Of a stretch of DNA of 64,000 bases, positions 9,792-20,276 are shown piece by piece. The stretch is from an uncultured bacterium (GTDB lineage Bacteria; Desulfobacterota_D; UBA1144; Nemesobacterales; UBA2774). Every line of letters starts with the position of its first letter. The stretch's first letter is position 1. The notes beneath the pieces were generated by a model that saw only the letters and a program-made list of their open reading frames with translations, was not told the DNA's origin and ran no database searches. Made by a program: the position numbers and the translations under genes. The stretch is taken from NCBI GenBank assembly GCA_963825135.1, contig CAWGRW010000009.1, forward strand, positions 128,001 to 192,000, read 5' to 3'.

Positions 9792-11048
9792 TCATAAGCG
9801 CTTGTCGGAAGATGTATTCCGGGCCATTAATTTACCTATCAATTCGAAATATGATTTCAGGTGGGATTCCGCGTTCCACTTCCTGATGTAGCATTCATAG
9901 CCCCTGGTCCCGAGCTCTTCCCTCAATGAAGGCTCGTCAATGAGCCTATCCATCGCGCTTACTATTTCATTCTCGGAGTTGTATACAAATCCGCCGCCGC
10001 TCTCAACTACAAGCTCGGGGAGCCCCCCGATGTTATTTACTATGACGGGCGTTTTCTCCCTGAAGGCTTCAAACACCACAAGAGTGGAGATCTCATAGTT
10101 TATAGAGGGCACGATGAGGGCAACAGCCTTTTTATATATATTCCTGAGCCCGGCAGGCGGCACATAGCCGGTCATATCGATGTTCAGGCTTCCAAGTGCA
10201 AGCCGGCGGATGTCACCCTCATACTCGCCTTTACCGGCAATCACGAGTCTAGCTTTTTTATATTTTCTGAATAAGGGTATCAGATTCTGTATGCCCTTTA
10301 ATTTCTCGATCCTTCCCACATATAAAAAGAAAGGCTCTTCAGGAACAGTTATGTCGTATTTGCCGCCCCGGCCCGTGGAATAGTTATCTTCAGGGATAAA
10401 ATTCGGGATGTGATGTATGGGTACCTTCAAGCCCTTTGTTTCATACAGCTTTTTGCTGAACATGCTCGGGCTAATTATTGCGTCAAGATGGTCTAAAGAC
10501 TTGTCGATGAGACCGGTATACCTCCAGAGCTGAGGCGGGCGGGCGTGGACGAGCTGGCACATCAGGCAGTGAGGCTTTTCGCACGGGGCACGGTCAAACC
10601 TCATCAGCACATGGGTCGGGCAGACGAGCCAGTATTCGTGCGTCGTGTAGAGCTTGACCCCCTCCCCGTATTCGATTACCTTCGGTCCCCCTACGAGCGA
10701 AATATTGTGGAAGTGTATGACGTCGAATCCCCGGTCCAGAATCTCCTTGATCCGCCCCGATTTGAAAAAGGGATATCCCGTTTGCTGTGTAGCGAGCGGA
10801 GAGAGAAAACCGTATTTGCTCTTTAGTCCGCAAACATCGACATTCGGGTGGTTTTCATATACGGCGTCCGGTTCTCCGCCGGCAAGCATTTCATAAGAAT
10901 CGATGCAGTGAATTACGGTTACATGATGGCCCCTCCGGGCGAGTTCGTTCGCGAGCTGCCAGACATAGATTGCATCACCCCCGAAGCTCCAGGGAGGGTA
11001 GAACGTCGTGATCATGCAGAACCTGAGATGCTTCGGCGGAGCGCTCAT
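9792..11048 (-). CDS. Glycosyltransferase family 4
   Basis: FYPPWSFGG, FLYVGRIEKLKG, VPSINYE...EA motifs; start placed at the ATGA overlap with the upstream stop. Confidence 0.88.
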   Translation of the reverse strand: MSAPPKHLRFCMITTFYPPWSFGGDAIYVWQLANELARRGHHVTVIHCIDSYEMLAGGEPDAVYENHPNVDVCGLKSKYGFLSPLATQQTGYPFFKSGRIKEILDRGFDVIHFHNISLVGGPKVIEYGEGVKLYTTHEYWLVCPTHVLMRFDRAPCEKPHCLMCQLVHARPPQLWRYTGLIDKSLDHLDAIISPSMFSKKLYETKGLKVPIHHIPNFIPEDNYSTGRGGKYDITVPEEPFFLYVGRIEKLKGIQNLIPLFRKYKKARLVIAGKGEYEGDIRRLALGSLNIDMTGYVPPAGLRNIYKKAVALIVPSINYEISTLVVFEAFREKTPVIVNNIGGLPELVVESGGGFVYNSENEIVSAMDRLIDEPSLREELGTRGYECYIRKWNAESHLKSYFELIGKLMARNTSSDKRL

Positions 11049-11800
11049 CTTCCACCCAGCCCGCGCCTGACAGTACGCGGGATATTGCGTAAAAAGATGT
11101 ACACGGGAAATGACTTCGTCGTAATGAGATTGAACAACCTTTCGCGCCTGAGATAATAGGCGTCCACGCGCTCGAGGGCGTAGATATCGCTTTCCCTCGT
11201 TAATAAACCGAGCTTGTCCGAACATGCGCATTCGAAGTTTCTTCCCGCGATTTCAAGACCTCTCCCGTCGTATCTCCCGTAGGGATAGGCAAACGATAAG
11301 ACGGGAGCGCCCAGATTGTTCTCGATTATTTCTTTAGACCCGGTTATCTCGCGTAGGACGCCGGACGTCTCAATCAGGGTGAGGTCAGGGTGTGTGATCG
11401 TATGGGCTCCGAAATCGATTCCCGCTTGCTTCATTTCCCTTATCTCCCCCCAGCTCAGCATCTCGACCCCGTTAAGCGGCGTCAAACGGTCGTCAGCGCC
11501 CGCCTTCTTCGAGTCGCCCCCGGCGAGGAATATAGTGGCGGTCATCCGATAGTTATCAAGTACGGGAAAAGCCTCCGCGTACACGCTCCCGTACCCGTCG
11601 TCGAAGGTAATGACAAATGATTTTTCGGGGAAGGGCCTCCGATCTCTGATCAGGGCCGCCGCGTCGCTCAGCCTGAGAGTCCTGTATCCGTTCCGGTAGA
11701 GTCTTTCCATCGAGCGTCCGAACATTTCCGGGCTGAAAGCTATAACCGTGCGGCTGTCGTCTATCCTGTGGAAAGTCAGGACCGGAATATAACCTGCGAT
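11045..11800 (-). CDS. Polysaccharide deacetylase (NodB/CE4)
   Basis: ITFDDGY, HTITHPDL, FAYPYG; the in-frame N-terminal IPVLTFHRID lies upstream of the first ATG (11725). Confidence 0.85.
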   Translation of the reverse strand: MAGYIPVLTFHRIDDSRTVIAFSPEMFGRSMERLYRNGYRTLRLSDAAALIRDRRPFPEKSFVITFDDGYGSVYAEAFPVLDNYRMTATIFLAGGDSKKAGADDRLTPLNGVEMLSWGEIREMKQAGIDFGAHTITHPDLTLIETSGVLREITGSKEIIENNLGAPVLSFAYPYGRYDGRGLEIAGRNFECACSDKLGLLTRESDIYALERVDAYYLRRERLFNLITTKSFPVYIFLRNIPRTVRRGLGGR

Positions 11801-11955
11801 GCGAATTTCTCCTCCCCTGGAGTGTTCGGCATTTCCCGATCATCCGCGCGAGTATCCGCGGCAGGCGCTTTCATTAAATTAACGTCTCAACGGAGCCGGG
11901 GCCGAAATGAATGTCTATAGCGGATGACGGATTACTTTAATCTGGCGCTCGGAGA

Positions 11956-12300
11956 TCAATCAACCGTATCGTCCAAAGGCACCACCGCGACAAGCGCTGC
12001 TTCGTTTCCAAGAACACGCGTCGTATGACCCTCTCCCTCAGTGTCCAATATGACCCGGACGTCCCCCGCGCCAAATGTATGCCGGCTCCCGTCCCCGAAG
12101 CTATTTTCCAAACGGCCTGACAGAATGATGACGATCTGTCTGCGCGGGGCGGGGTGCCAGTCGAGGAACGTGCCCGGCGGAAATTCCTTAAAAAACATTG
12201 TCGATGCGGTCCTCATCGATGTCCAGAACGGATCGTGCGGCGGAAGCTCTTCGATGCGGGATCTGCCGTCTTCGCCCTTATAAATTCTGTATATGCCCAT
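11956..12300 (-). CDS. Cupin-fold protein
   Basis: DWHPAPRRQ...SG...G.GH pattern; start at MGIYRIY. Confidence 0.75.
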   Translation of the reverse strand: MGIYRIYKGEDGRSRIEELPPHDPFWTSMRTASTMFFKEFPPGTFLDWHPAPRRQIVIILSGRLENSFGDGSRHTFGAGDVRVILDTEGEGHTTRVLGNEAALVAVVPLDDTVD

Positions 12301-12310
12301 GTGTAAAGTT

Positions 12311-13195
12311 CTATCCGGCCGCTCGTATGTCGGTGCCTCTATTTCTAAGAAGAAGCTCCTGTTCATCCATCCCTTCAACGATCTCGAATGTGTCGATCGC
12401 AGGACCGAGATTCATAGACGCGACGCGTCCGAACATTATTCTCATCGCCTCGCGTACGTCCTCCGGTATGCGGAGGAAATCCTCTATTCTGAACATCTCG
12501 ACGTGTTCTTTCGCGAGCCCCCTCCCGAATTTGCTCGCGAAGGAATACACTTCCCGGGAATTTTCGCACCCCCACAGGAGAGAGCGCTGACAGGCGGCGG
12601 CAATATCGCGCGTCAGCCCCTCGCCAAGCCCCTTCCGGACAAGGTTGAGTCCCACGGGCAGAGGGAGCCCCGTGTCCTCACACCATGCGACACCAAGATC
12701 GCGCACACAGACGAGCCCCCTTTCCCGGAAGTGGATTAGCTCTTCGTGTATCATAACGCCCGCATCCACTTTGTCCCCGGCGATAGCGTCGACTATGGCG
12801 TCAAAGGGCATTTCAACAAGATCGATATCCGGACAATACATCAACGCAAGCACGCTGCCCGTCGTCGGATGCCCCCCCACCGCAACTCGCTTTCCCCGCA
12901 GGTCTTCGACCGTCTTGTATCGTTTTGAAACGAGTGCAGGGCCGAAATTCCTCCCCACGCTGTTCCCTACGCAAAGAATAAGGTACTTGTCGGCGACCTT
13001 GGGGTAGAAAACGGAAGAGACGGCTACGACGTCGTATTGAGCCTCGAGTGCCGCACGATTGAGATCGATGATATGATTCCGATAAAATACGGGCTTGCAG
13101 CCGTCGACGCCCAACGTTACTCGACCTTGCTCCCAGGCGTAGTAGTTGAACAAATCATCGCTGTCCGGCGTGTAGGCGATAGAAAGATCCTTCAT
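12311..13195 (-). CDS. MqnD/MqnA-like periplasmic-binding-fold enzyme
   Basis: AYTPDSDD, GRNFGP, TTG, GVMIHE, DLG..W...TGLPLP motifs of the MqnD family; RBS before MKDLSIAY. Confidence 0.75.
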   Translation of the reverse strand: MKDLSIAYTPDSDDLFNYYAWEQGRVTLGVDGCKPVFYRNHIIDLNRAALEAQYDVVAVSSVFYPKVADKYLILCVGNSVGRNFGPALVSKRYKTVEDLRGKRVAVGGHPTTGSVLALMYCPDIDLVEMPFDAIVDAIAGDKVDAGVMIHEELIHFRERGLVCVRDLGVAWCEDTGLPLPVGLNLVRKGLGEGLTRDIAAACQRSLLWGCENSREVYSFASKFGRGLAKEHVEMFRIEDFLRIPEDVREAMRIMFGRVASMNLGPAIDTFEIVEGMDEQELLLRNRGTDIRAAG

Positions 13196-13400
13196 TAACA
13201 CTCCCCCTCGCAATCTAAGAGCATTATTAATAGTTATGAATGAGAAATCAAACGACGTTAGATCATTATCCAAGGGTCTAAATAAGCATATATTGGTAAC
13301 ACATTAGTAATATTAGATATTCTCGGATATATTATCCCGGTTCATACATAGCGTCAAAATACTCGTTTAACGCTTGTACACGATAGTCTCAGATACCGCT

Positions 13401-14978
13401 ATGCTCGATGATTTGAAAATTTTCAGCAGGTACGCATGGGGGCTCAATGATTTCTTCCGTCACACCCTGCCCCCGGAAGTCTGCAGAAATATGATTGCCG
13501 GTCAGCTGCAAAACAGGGAGAAGTCCTTTTTGCGCATACTGAAGCTGGGGATTTACGATAATCCGAGAAGCCCGTATTTCAAGCTCCTAAGGCACGCGGG
13601 GATCGAGTACGGGGATTTTGTAAAACTTGTAGAGAGCGAAGGCGTTGAGGGATCACTCTCGAAAATCTACGACTCAGGCGTTTACCTCACTCTGAATGAA
13701 TTCAAGGGCAGGCAGCCCGTCCGTCGCCCCGGGCTCGAGTTCCCGACCCAGCCCCATGATTTCGACAACCCGTTCCTGGTTAAGTTTTATGAAGCAAGGA
13801 GCGGCGGGTCGAGGAGCAGGGGGAACCGCATCATTATCGACCTCGATCTGCTCACCCATGAGGCCGCCTATTTTCAATCATTTCTCGAGTCATTCGGGTT
13901 GACCGCGAATCCCCGGGGAGCATGGCGGGAGATACCCCCCGTGGCTGTAGGAATGAAACTCGCCCTCCGTTATTCCAAGCTCGGGAGTCCGCTCGAACGG
14001 TGGTTTTCGCCCACCGCGCTTTCGCTCGATTTAAAAAACCTCAAATTCTATATCTTCACGAGATACAGCATCCTTGCGAGCAGGATGTTCTCGAATCCCA
14101 TGCCCGTGCCCGAGCACGTGCCTCTGAACGAGGCTCACAAGGTCGCCGCCTGGCTCGAGACGAAGAGAAGCCAAGGCAGACCGGCCGTTCTGGATACTAA
14201 TGTGAGCGCCGCGGTCAGGGTATGCCTCGCCGCCCGGGAAAAGGGGTTCGACATATCAGGCACCTTCTTCCCGGGAGGAGGCGAACCGCTCACACCGGCA
14301 AAAGCGAAGATAATAAGAGAAACCGGCAGCAGGGCACACTGCCACTATTCGATGACGGAATTGGGCACCATGGGGCTTGCTTGCGCGAACCCCATACACC
14401 TGGACGAAGTCCACCTCCTCACCGATAAGATAGCGGTGATACAGCGTACGAAGGAAGTAGGGGCCGGCGGAGGGAAGGTCGGAGCCCTCGTATATACGTC
14501 TGTCCTTCCGCTCTGCCCGAAGCTCATGCTGAACGTGGAGAGCGACGACTACGGAGATCTCGAGTCGAGGGACTGCGGCTGCCGAATAGGAGAGCTCGGA
14601 TACGGTACGCACCTTTCCAATATCAGAAGCTATGAAAAACTTACGAGCGAGGGAGTGAGCTTCCTCGGGACAGAGTTGATCAGGGTAATCGAGGAGGTCC
14701 TGCCCGGCAGGTTCGGGGGCGGCCCTACAGACTACCAGTTCGCAGAGGAAGAGGTGGACGGGCTTCCGAAGGTAAATATAGTCGTGAGCCCTCGAGTGGG
14801 AGAGGTTGACGATAAAGCAGTCATCGACGCGGTAGTCAACGCTCTTATCCCCTATCCGGGGGGCGAGGTGATGGTCAGTCAGTGGCGCCAGGGTAACACC
14901 CTCCGCGTTATAAGAAGAGAGCCTTACACCACGTCGTCCGCGAAAATCCTGCCCCTGCATATCACTAAATTATCGTAG
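13401..14978 (+). CDS. Adenylate-forming enzyme, PaaK/GH3-like
   Basis: RSGGSRS P-loop-like motif, GGEPLT, YSMTELG, C-terminal TSSAKILP. Confidence 0.6.
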   Translation: MLDDLKIFSRYAWGLNDFFRHTLPPEVCRNMIAGQLQNREKSFLRILKLGIYDNPRSPYFKLLRHAGIEYGDFVKLVESEGVEGSLSKIYDSGVYLTLNEFKGRQPVRRPGLEFPTQPHDFDNPFLVKFYEARSGGSRSRGNRIIIDLDLLTHEAAYFQSFLESFGLTANPRGAWREIPPVAVGMKLALRYSKLGSPLERWFSPTALSLDLKNLKFYIFTRYSILASRMFSNPMPVPEHVPLNEAHKVAAWLETKRSQGRPAVLDTNVSAAVRVCLAAREKGFDISGTFFPGGGEPLTPAKAKIIRETGSRAHCHYSMTELGTMGLACANPIHLDEVHLLTDKIAVIQRTKEVGAGGGKVGALVYTSVLPLCPKLMLNVESDDYGDLESRDCGCRIGELGYGTHLSNIRSYEKLTSEGVSFLGTELIRVIEEVLPGRFGGGPTDYQFAEEEVDGLPKVNIVVSPRVGEVDDKAVIDAVVNALIPYPGGEVMVSQWRQGNTLRVIRREPYTTSSAKILPLHITKLS

Positions 14979-15097
14979 TGTAGATTCGATATAATATATT
15001 CACGGGTCGTTTCATGCCTCTCGATATCGTCTCCCCGCGAACCGGGATACCCCGAGCCGTCACTTGTTAGTCGGCAGGACCGGCTCTCTCCCGTCCA

Positions 15098-16079
15098 TTA
15101 TCTATATTCCCTGTCCAAAATCATACGCCTTAGTCTCGAATCCTCCTTCCCGACCGGATATCTCATGTTCTTCACCACAAGGTCCCCGAAATCCGTCCTT
15201 ATCGTTGAGACATACGCAAACATCATCAGGTGACGGGGTTTCACCGCGTTACGGCTGCCGTAGTGAAAACACACATTGCTGTCAATGAACAACACCGTCC
15301 CCGCGGGATAACAGAGCCTTATCAATTCACTCTCGGGAACGACCGCATACATCTTCTCGTCAGTAACTCGGTGACCGCCTTTCTTTGTATGATAATCACC
15401 GAGACCTGTCTCCGGCTTTCGCCGACACGGACTTGGGCAGGAAGCAAAAAGGCCCCCTCTCCATCGTGACCTCCCTCAAAACGACAATGACGTAGACCAT
15501 CGGCTTATCGTGGTAGTCAAGATGAAAGAGCTGGCTCTCTCTGGGCTGAGCGTCGGGGTTATCATCGAATTTATTCCAGGACTCTACAAGCCTCACGCCG
15601 TAGGGTCTGGAATAAGAAAGCGTGGGTATGAAGCCGAGGTAGCTGCATACGGTCGACAGCACGTCCGAAGAAGTCGCGAAATTGAGTATCGATGGGCACC
15701 TCGGGAAGTAATCTTCGATAAATATATCCTGAAAAAAAGGCCTCCATTTAAGATGCTGCTTTTCGCCGCCCCGCTCATCTATTATCTCTGCCGATTCCCT
15801 GAGGAGCTCCTCGAGATAAGGAAGCCTCCCTGAGGTATCGATAACCCATCCGTCCTTCATTTCGTTCACGGGCGCGACAGGGTTTCCGTTCTCTTTGATA
15901 AGCTCCGGGAAATTATCCCGATACTGCCGCTTCCTGTACTCATGATACTTCCCGAACCTGAGACTGTTATAGGCCCTGGCAATCGCCGTAGTGCTATTCA
16001 CCCCCAGGGCGCTCATGTAATTCCTCTCGAGGATTTTGGCGGCAGGTTTGAATACCGCGTCCATGGCTTTACCGATCAT
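15098..16079 (-). CDS. Fe(II)/2-oxoglutarate dioxygenase (PhyH-like), copy 2, +1 frameshift at about 15413
   Basis: Near-identical to 16137..17114; an extra G (gccGgagaca vs gccgagaga) splits it into two ORFs. Confidence 0.7.
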
Positions 16080-16136
16080 CTCTCCTCCCGCGCCGCCGCT
16101 TGATTCCCAGACGGACCGGCGCTATTCCGCTCCTTA

Positions 16137-17114
16137 TCAATATTCCTTGTCCAGCACCATACGCCTCAGCTTTGAATCCTCCTTCCCGACCGGATATCTC
16201 ATGTTCCTGAGCACTATATCGCCGAAATCCGTCCTAATTGTTGAGACATACGCAAACATCATCAGGTGACGGGGTTTCACCGCGTTACGGCTGCCGTAGT
16301 GAAAACACGCGCTGCTGTCGATGAACAACACCGTCCCCGCCGGATAACAGAGCCTTATCAATTCGCTCTCGGGAACGACCGCATACATTTTCTCGTCAGT
16401 AACACGGTGACCGCCCTTCTTTGTATGGTAATCAACGAGACCTCTCTCGGCTTTCGCCGACACTGACTTGGGCAGGAAGCAGAAGGGCCCCCTCTCCATC
16501 GTGACATCCCTCAAAACGACAATTACATAAACCATCGGCTTATCATGATAGTCGAGATGAAAGAGCTGGCTCTCTCTCGGCTGAACATTAGGCGTATCAT
16601 CGAATTTATTCCAGGACTCGATGAGCCTCACGCCGTAAGGTTTGGAATAAGAAAGCGTGGGTATGAAGCCGAGGTAGCTGCATACCGCCGACAGCACGTC
16701 AGAAGAGGTTGCGAAATTGAGTATAGATGGGCACCTCTGGAAATAATCGTCGGTAAATAAATCCTGGAAAAATGGTCTCCTGTAAAATTGATGCTTTTCG
16801 CCGCCCCGCTCATCTATTATCTCTGCCGATTCCCTGAGAAGCTCCTCGAGATAAGGAAGCCTCCCCGAGGTATCGATAACCCATCCGTCCTTCATTTCGT
16901 TTACGGGCGCGACAGGATATCCGTTCTCGGCAATCAGCTCGGAAAAGTTTTCCCTATACCGCCTCTTCCTCTGCTCGTGGCTGCTTCCGTGCCTGAGACT
17001 GTTGTAGGCCCTGGCAATCGCCGTAGTATTATTCACCCCCAGGGCGCTCATGTAATTCCTCTCAAGTGCCCTGGCAGCCGGTTTGAATACCGCGTCCATG
17101 GTTTTACCGATCAT
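16137..17114 (-). CDS. Fe(II)/2-oxoglutarate dioxygenase (PhyH-like), copy 1
   Basis: HLD...GP...FHYGSR...R matches an HxD...H facial triad plus 2OG-binding Arg. Confidence 0.7.
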   Translation of the reverse strand: MIGKTMDAVFKPAARALERNYMSALGVNNTTAIARAYNSLRHGSSHEQRKRRYRENFSELIAENGYPVAPVNEMKDGWVIDTSGRLPYLEELLRESAEIIDERGGEKHQFYRRPFFQDLFTDDYFQRCPSILNFATSSDVLSAVCSYLGFIPTLSYSKPYGVRLIESWNKFDDTPNVQPRESQLFHLDYHDKPMVYVIVVLRDVTMERGPFCFLPKSVSAKAERGLVDYHTKKGGHRVTDEKMYAVVPESELIRLCYPAGTVLFIDSSACFHYGSRNAVKPRHLMMFAYVSTIRTDFGDIVLRNMRYPVGKEDSKLRRMVLDKEY

Positions 17115-17275
17115 TTCTCCCCTCCTCCTGCGTGAGCAGACCGCCGTGATCCTCTACGCACGCGCGTTATGGAATGTTGAAAAATAATACAAGATTATGA
17201 ATAAATTGAGAAGTAAGGGTAAAAGTTTGCTATGGGATAACAATCTGTGCCGGCGGCTGTAACGGCAATAAAAAC

Positions 17276-17314
17276 CGGCGGCGACGGGGCTTGAACCCGC
17301 GACCTCCGGTGTGA
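17276..17314 (-). repeat. Degenerate tRNA-Asp 3' fragment R3 (att-like)
   Basis: cggcgg---cgacggggcttgaacccgcgacctccggtgtga, with a 3-nt deletion relative to tRNA-Asp. Confidence 0.85.
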
Positions 17315-17384
17315 GGGTCTATTGCACCGGGAAAACCAAACAGCGTCTCAACCCGGCCAAAAGGGGGCATATCCGCGCCGAGGC

Positions 17385-18341
17385 CTACTCCAGCTTCGTC
17401 CATGTTTTATCAGGATTGAATTCTTTTACGCCTAGCGCGATTTTTTCGGTGTCCTCTCCCAGGTCTTTTTGATAGATCGCCCCGTTCTGGTTGACTAGAA
17501 ACGTCATTACGCCGCTCGAACCGTACTTCGCGGGATAGGCCAGGAGAGCGAATCCCCCAACCATGTAGCCGTTGATCAGGTAGCTGTATTTCCCCCCGGG
17601 CGCGTTGGGCCCCTGGGAGGTCAGGATGCGGTAGTAGTAGCCGTGATAAGGTACGGGTTCGGGGTGGGCCTTGGCAATATTGTAGCCCTCCGCCGTTGCG
17701 CCGGCCATCAAAGGGCCTATCGGACTCTCTTCTTCGCCCTTCGCCGCATCCCAATAGAGCCCATCGTGCTTGCCGGGCGTGCTAAGGAACTTTCTGGCGT
17801 ACTCGAGCACTCCATTGCCGTTCCTGTCCTCACTCGCGTAATCCCGCTCGGCGCTGACGAAGTTGGCGCAAACTGATATGGTATTGAGCTCATTTTTCCC
17901 GATCCTTCTGTCAAGCATCTCTTCCATCCCCGACGCCGTATCGAAGTGCCATTTATCACCGTCCTTTACTAAGGGGACGGGGAACGGCCAGTCGTCGTTT
18001 CCGATGCTGAGGATTGCTTTCCCGTCCTTCGTATAATCGATGCGGTTCATCTCATCGGTTCTTTTGACAAAGTTTTGCATCGCGATTTCGTCGGCCTTTT
18101 GATCTCCCGAAGAGACCAGATCCTCGCTGCCGGGGCCGAAGATCTCTAAAAGCTGTTCCGTGCTCTCCGATTTCGCTGCGGCGATAAGAGCCTTCACCGC
18201 GTCCTCGGGCGAGGAAAAGACCTGCTGCTGAACCGTGTCGGCATGAGAATCAATCGAAAGAATCCATAGTAAGGCAAGCGTGAATGTCAAAAATAATGAT
18301 GGAAGGTATCTTGATAAGCTTCTTTTGGTCTTATTAGCCAT
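17385..18341 (-). CDS. DUF2950 family protein
   Basis: FSSPEDAV, WPFPVPL, RRIGKNEL, GLYW, PYHGYYYRIL, YGSSGVMTF. Confidence 0.88.
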   Translation of the reverse strand: MANKTKRSLSRYLPSLFLTFTLALLWILSIDSHADTVQQQVFSSPEDAVKALIAAAKSESTEQLLEIFGPGSEDLVSSGDQKADEIAMQNFVKRTDEMNRIDYTKDGKAILSIGNDDWPFPVPLVKDGDKWHFDTASGMEEMLDRRIGKNELNTISVCANFVSAERDYASEDRNGNGVLEYARKFLSTPGKHDGLYWDAAKGEEESPIGPLMAGATAEGYNIAKAHPEPVPYHGYYYRILTSQGPNAPGGKYSYLINGYMVGGFALLAYPAKYGSSGVMTFLVNQNGAIYQKDLGEDTEKIALGVKEFNPDKTWTKLE

Positions 18342-18385
18342 TATGATTTCCCCCTGTATTGTATGCTGATAAATGATGGAACCCC

Positions 18386-19693
18386 TTATCTCCTTTTACC
18401 TCTGTTGCTGCCCTTGCTGCCTCTCTGGCTGCCGCTTCTGCTTGTGCTGCGCTGATAGCTCTCACGGCTCGATCTCCCGCGATTACTATCGGCCCGGGTC
18501 TCGCTGCGGCTCCCGTAGCCGCTGAACGCATCGGAGCGGTCTCTCGACCCGGTGCTTCTGTTCTCCCCGGTCCTCGCGCGATCCCTTGTGCTTGATGCGG
18601 ATGAGCCCGTATTCTTTCTATCCTCAATCCCTGACTTGCTCGAACCCGTTTGACGGCTCTCACGCCCGACCTTGCTCTCCTGTTTCGTCGCCTGACCGCG
18701 GTCATAACCGCTGAAGGCCCCGTTATCTCCCCTGTCTTGCAGCCCTTTCTCGACTGAGGCTGTCGTCGGTCTTTTTTCACCATACCCTTTATACTCGCGG
18801 TTGGACACGCCCTGATTTCCTTTCTGGTACCGCTCGGCAACTGTATTATTCTTGTATTCGACCCCTCTCCTGTGCTCGGGGTTGTGCTGCCAACGGCGTT
18901 CCCCCGCATTGTTTCCGTTGATGTTGACCTTATTCCCGATATTAACATCCCCTCTGTTGATATTTACATTTGTATTCCCGTGCCCGTATCCCCCTCCCCA
19001 GTAGCAGCAATTGTTATGACCCCAGTCGAAACTGGCGAAGGTGGCGCCTACCGCTACTCCGAGACCGAACGAAAAGACGCTCGACGCGACGTATCCGGGA
19101 GGATATATGGCATAGGGAGGATATGCGGGATAGTACCAGGTGCCGTATACGACCGCCGGGTTATACGCGGGGACATAGACGACCTGCGGGTCGGCGGGTT
19201 GTATGATTATAGTTTCCTTTTCCTTAACAACGACCTGCTCCTTGGTCGATTTCAGATTTCCCGAGGAGTCCGCTCTTTCCCTGAGCACCTGCACCGCGTC
19301 CATCACTTCCTGCTGCTGCGCGAGGAACGCATCGCCGAGGCTCGTAGTCCAGTCGAGATTCTCATTCATCATTGAAACCACGTCCGGAAATTCGACGAGG
19401 GATTTTACGCTATCGTCCCAGTCCTGTTTCTGGGCTTCCGCGAACAATTGCTCTCCCTTGAGATTCTTATTCTTATCCAGCCAGCGCGCGGCCTGCACGA
19501 CCTCCAGGGGATACGTTGACGCCATCAGGACCTGGGCCAGGAGCGTATCGGGATAAAGCGCAATCGGAGCCAGCAATTGCTCGAGTTCCGCGGAGCTCAG
19601 TCGTCCGGACGGGTCTTCCTGGGCGAATGAACACCTTGAGCCTAGGGTGCTAAATAAGAGAATGATAACAACGCCATACTTGATTACCCGCAT
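18386..19693 (-). CDS. DUF3300 family protein with a Gly/Arg/Ser-rich tail
   Basis: LEQLLAPIALYPDTLLAQVLMASTYP, WDDSVKSL, VVYVPAYNP, WQHNPEHRRGV; usually paired with DUF2950. Confidence 0.88.
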   Translation of the reverse strand: MRVIKYGVVIILLFSTLGSRCSFAQEDPSGRLSSAELEQLLAPIALYPDTLLAQVLMASTYPLEVVQAARWLDKNKNLKGEQLFAEAQKQDWDDSVKSLVEFPDVVSMMNENLDWTTSLGDAFLAQQQEVMDAVQVLRERADSSGNLKSTKEQVVVKEKETIIIQPADPQVVYVPAYNPAVVYGTWYYPAYPPYAIYPPGYVASSVFSFGLGVAVGATFASFDWGHNNCCYWGGGYGHGNTNVNINRGDVNIGNKVNINGNNAGERRWQHNPEHRRGVEYKNNTVAERYQKGNQGVSNREYKGYGEKRPTTASVEKGLQDRGDNGAFSGYDRGQATKQESKVGRESRQTGSSKSGIEDRKNTGSSASSTRDRARTGENRSTGSRDRSDAFSGYGSRSETRADSNRGRSSRESYQRSTSRSGSQRGSKGSNRGKRR

Positions 19694-20050
19694 TATCCCA
19701 CCTCGTGGAAAATGATTTATAAAGACATCAAGTGTGAAATCCCCTCGATGTCGACTTGATATAAACATCCTTGATACACTGATTATCGCTTTCGGGCTGA
19801 GCCGGGCCCGGGCATAAGCCCCGCGGCTCGAGCATCATTTATAAAACAGTCTGTTTCGCATCTTTTATCAGAATTGACATAAATTATATGATAATTATCA
19901 TAAATTGCACGGAAAGCAATGAAAGAATGTTACCATAAACCATGGCAATTCATAACATTAGATACAACCCTTTTTCCGCTTTAATCCGGGTAAAATCGAG
20001 GCCCGGCCCTCGACCGGCCGGATCATTGCACGAAAGCCCCGGCACATTTG

Positions 20051-20276
20051 CTATGCTTTCTTCAAAAGGCGCATCAAGGGAGAACGGTTATATAGACGTG
20101 TTCCGACAGTTCTTGATCCTCTATTCCACAAATGCTGAACAGAAGTTACGATCCAACTCGGGACATTGTCATTGGGCATCAACCATTTGGCAAGTGATTG
20201 AGATATCGTTAGGGCACGATAGGCCAGTTCGATGGGATACAGGGTAGAATTTCTCAACTTTTAAATCGAGTCTCAC
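20051..20276 (-). pseudogene. Decayed SRPBCC/Aha1-domain gene
   Basis: GTG overlapping the ArsR stop gives MRLDLKVEKFYP; after a frameshift comes YPIELAYRALT...LAKWLMPND, then similarity is lost. Confidence 0.6.

Noticed and set aside
11049..11231. N-terminal extensions given by the ORF track (GT4, MqnD-like, DUF3300, desaturase, response regulator)
   Set aside because: They overlap neighbouring genes or regulatory sites; downstream starts with an RBS or stop-start coupling fit better.
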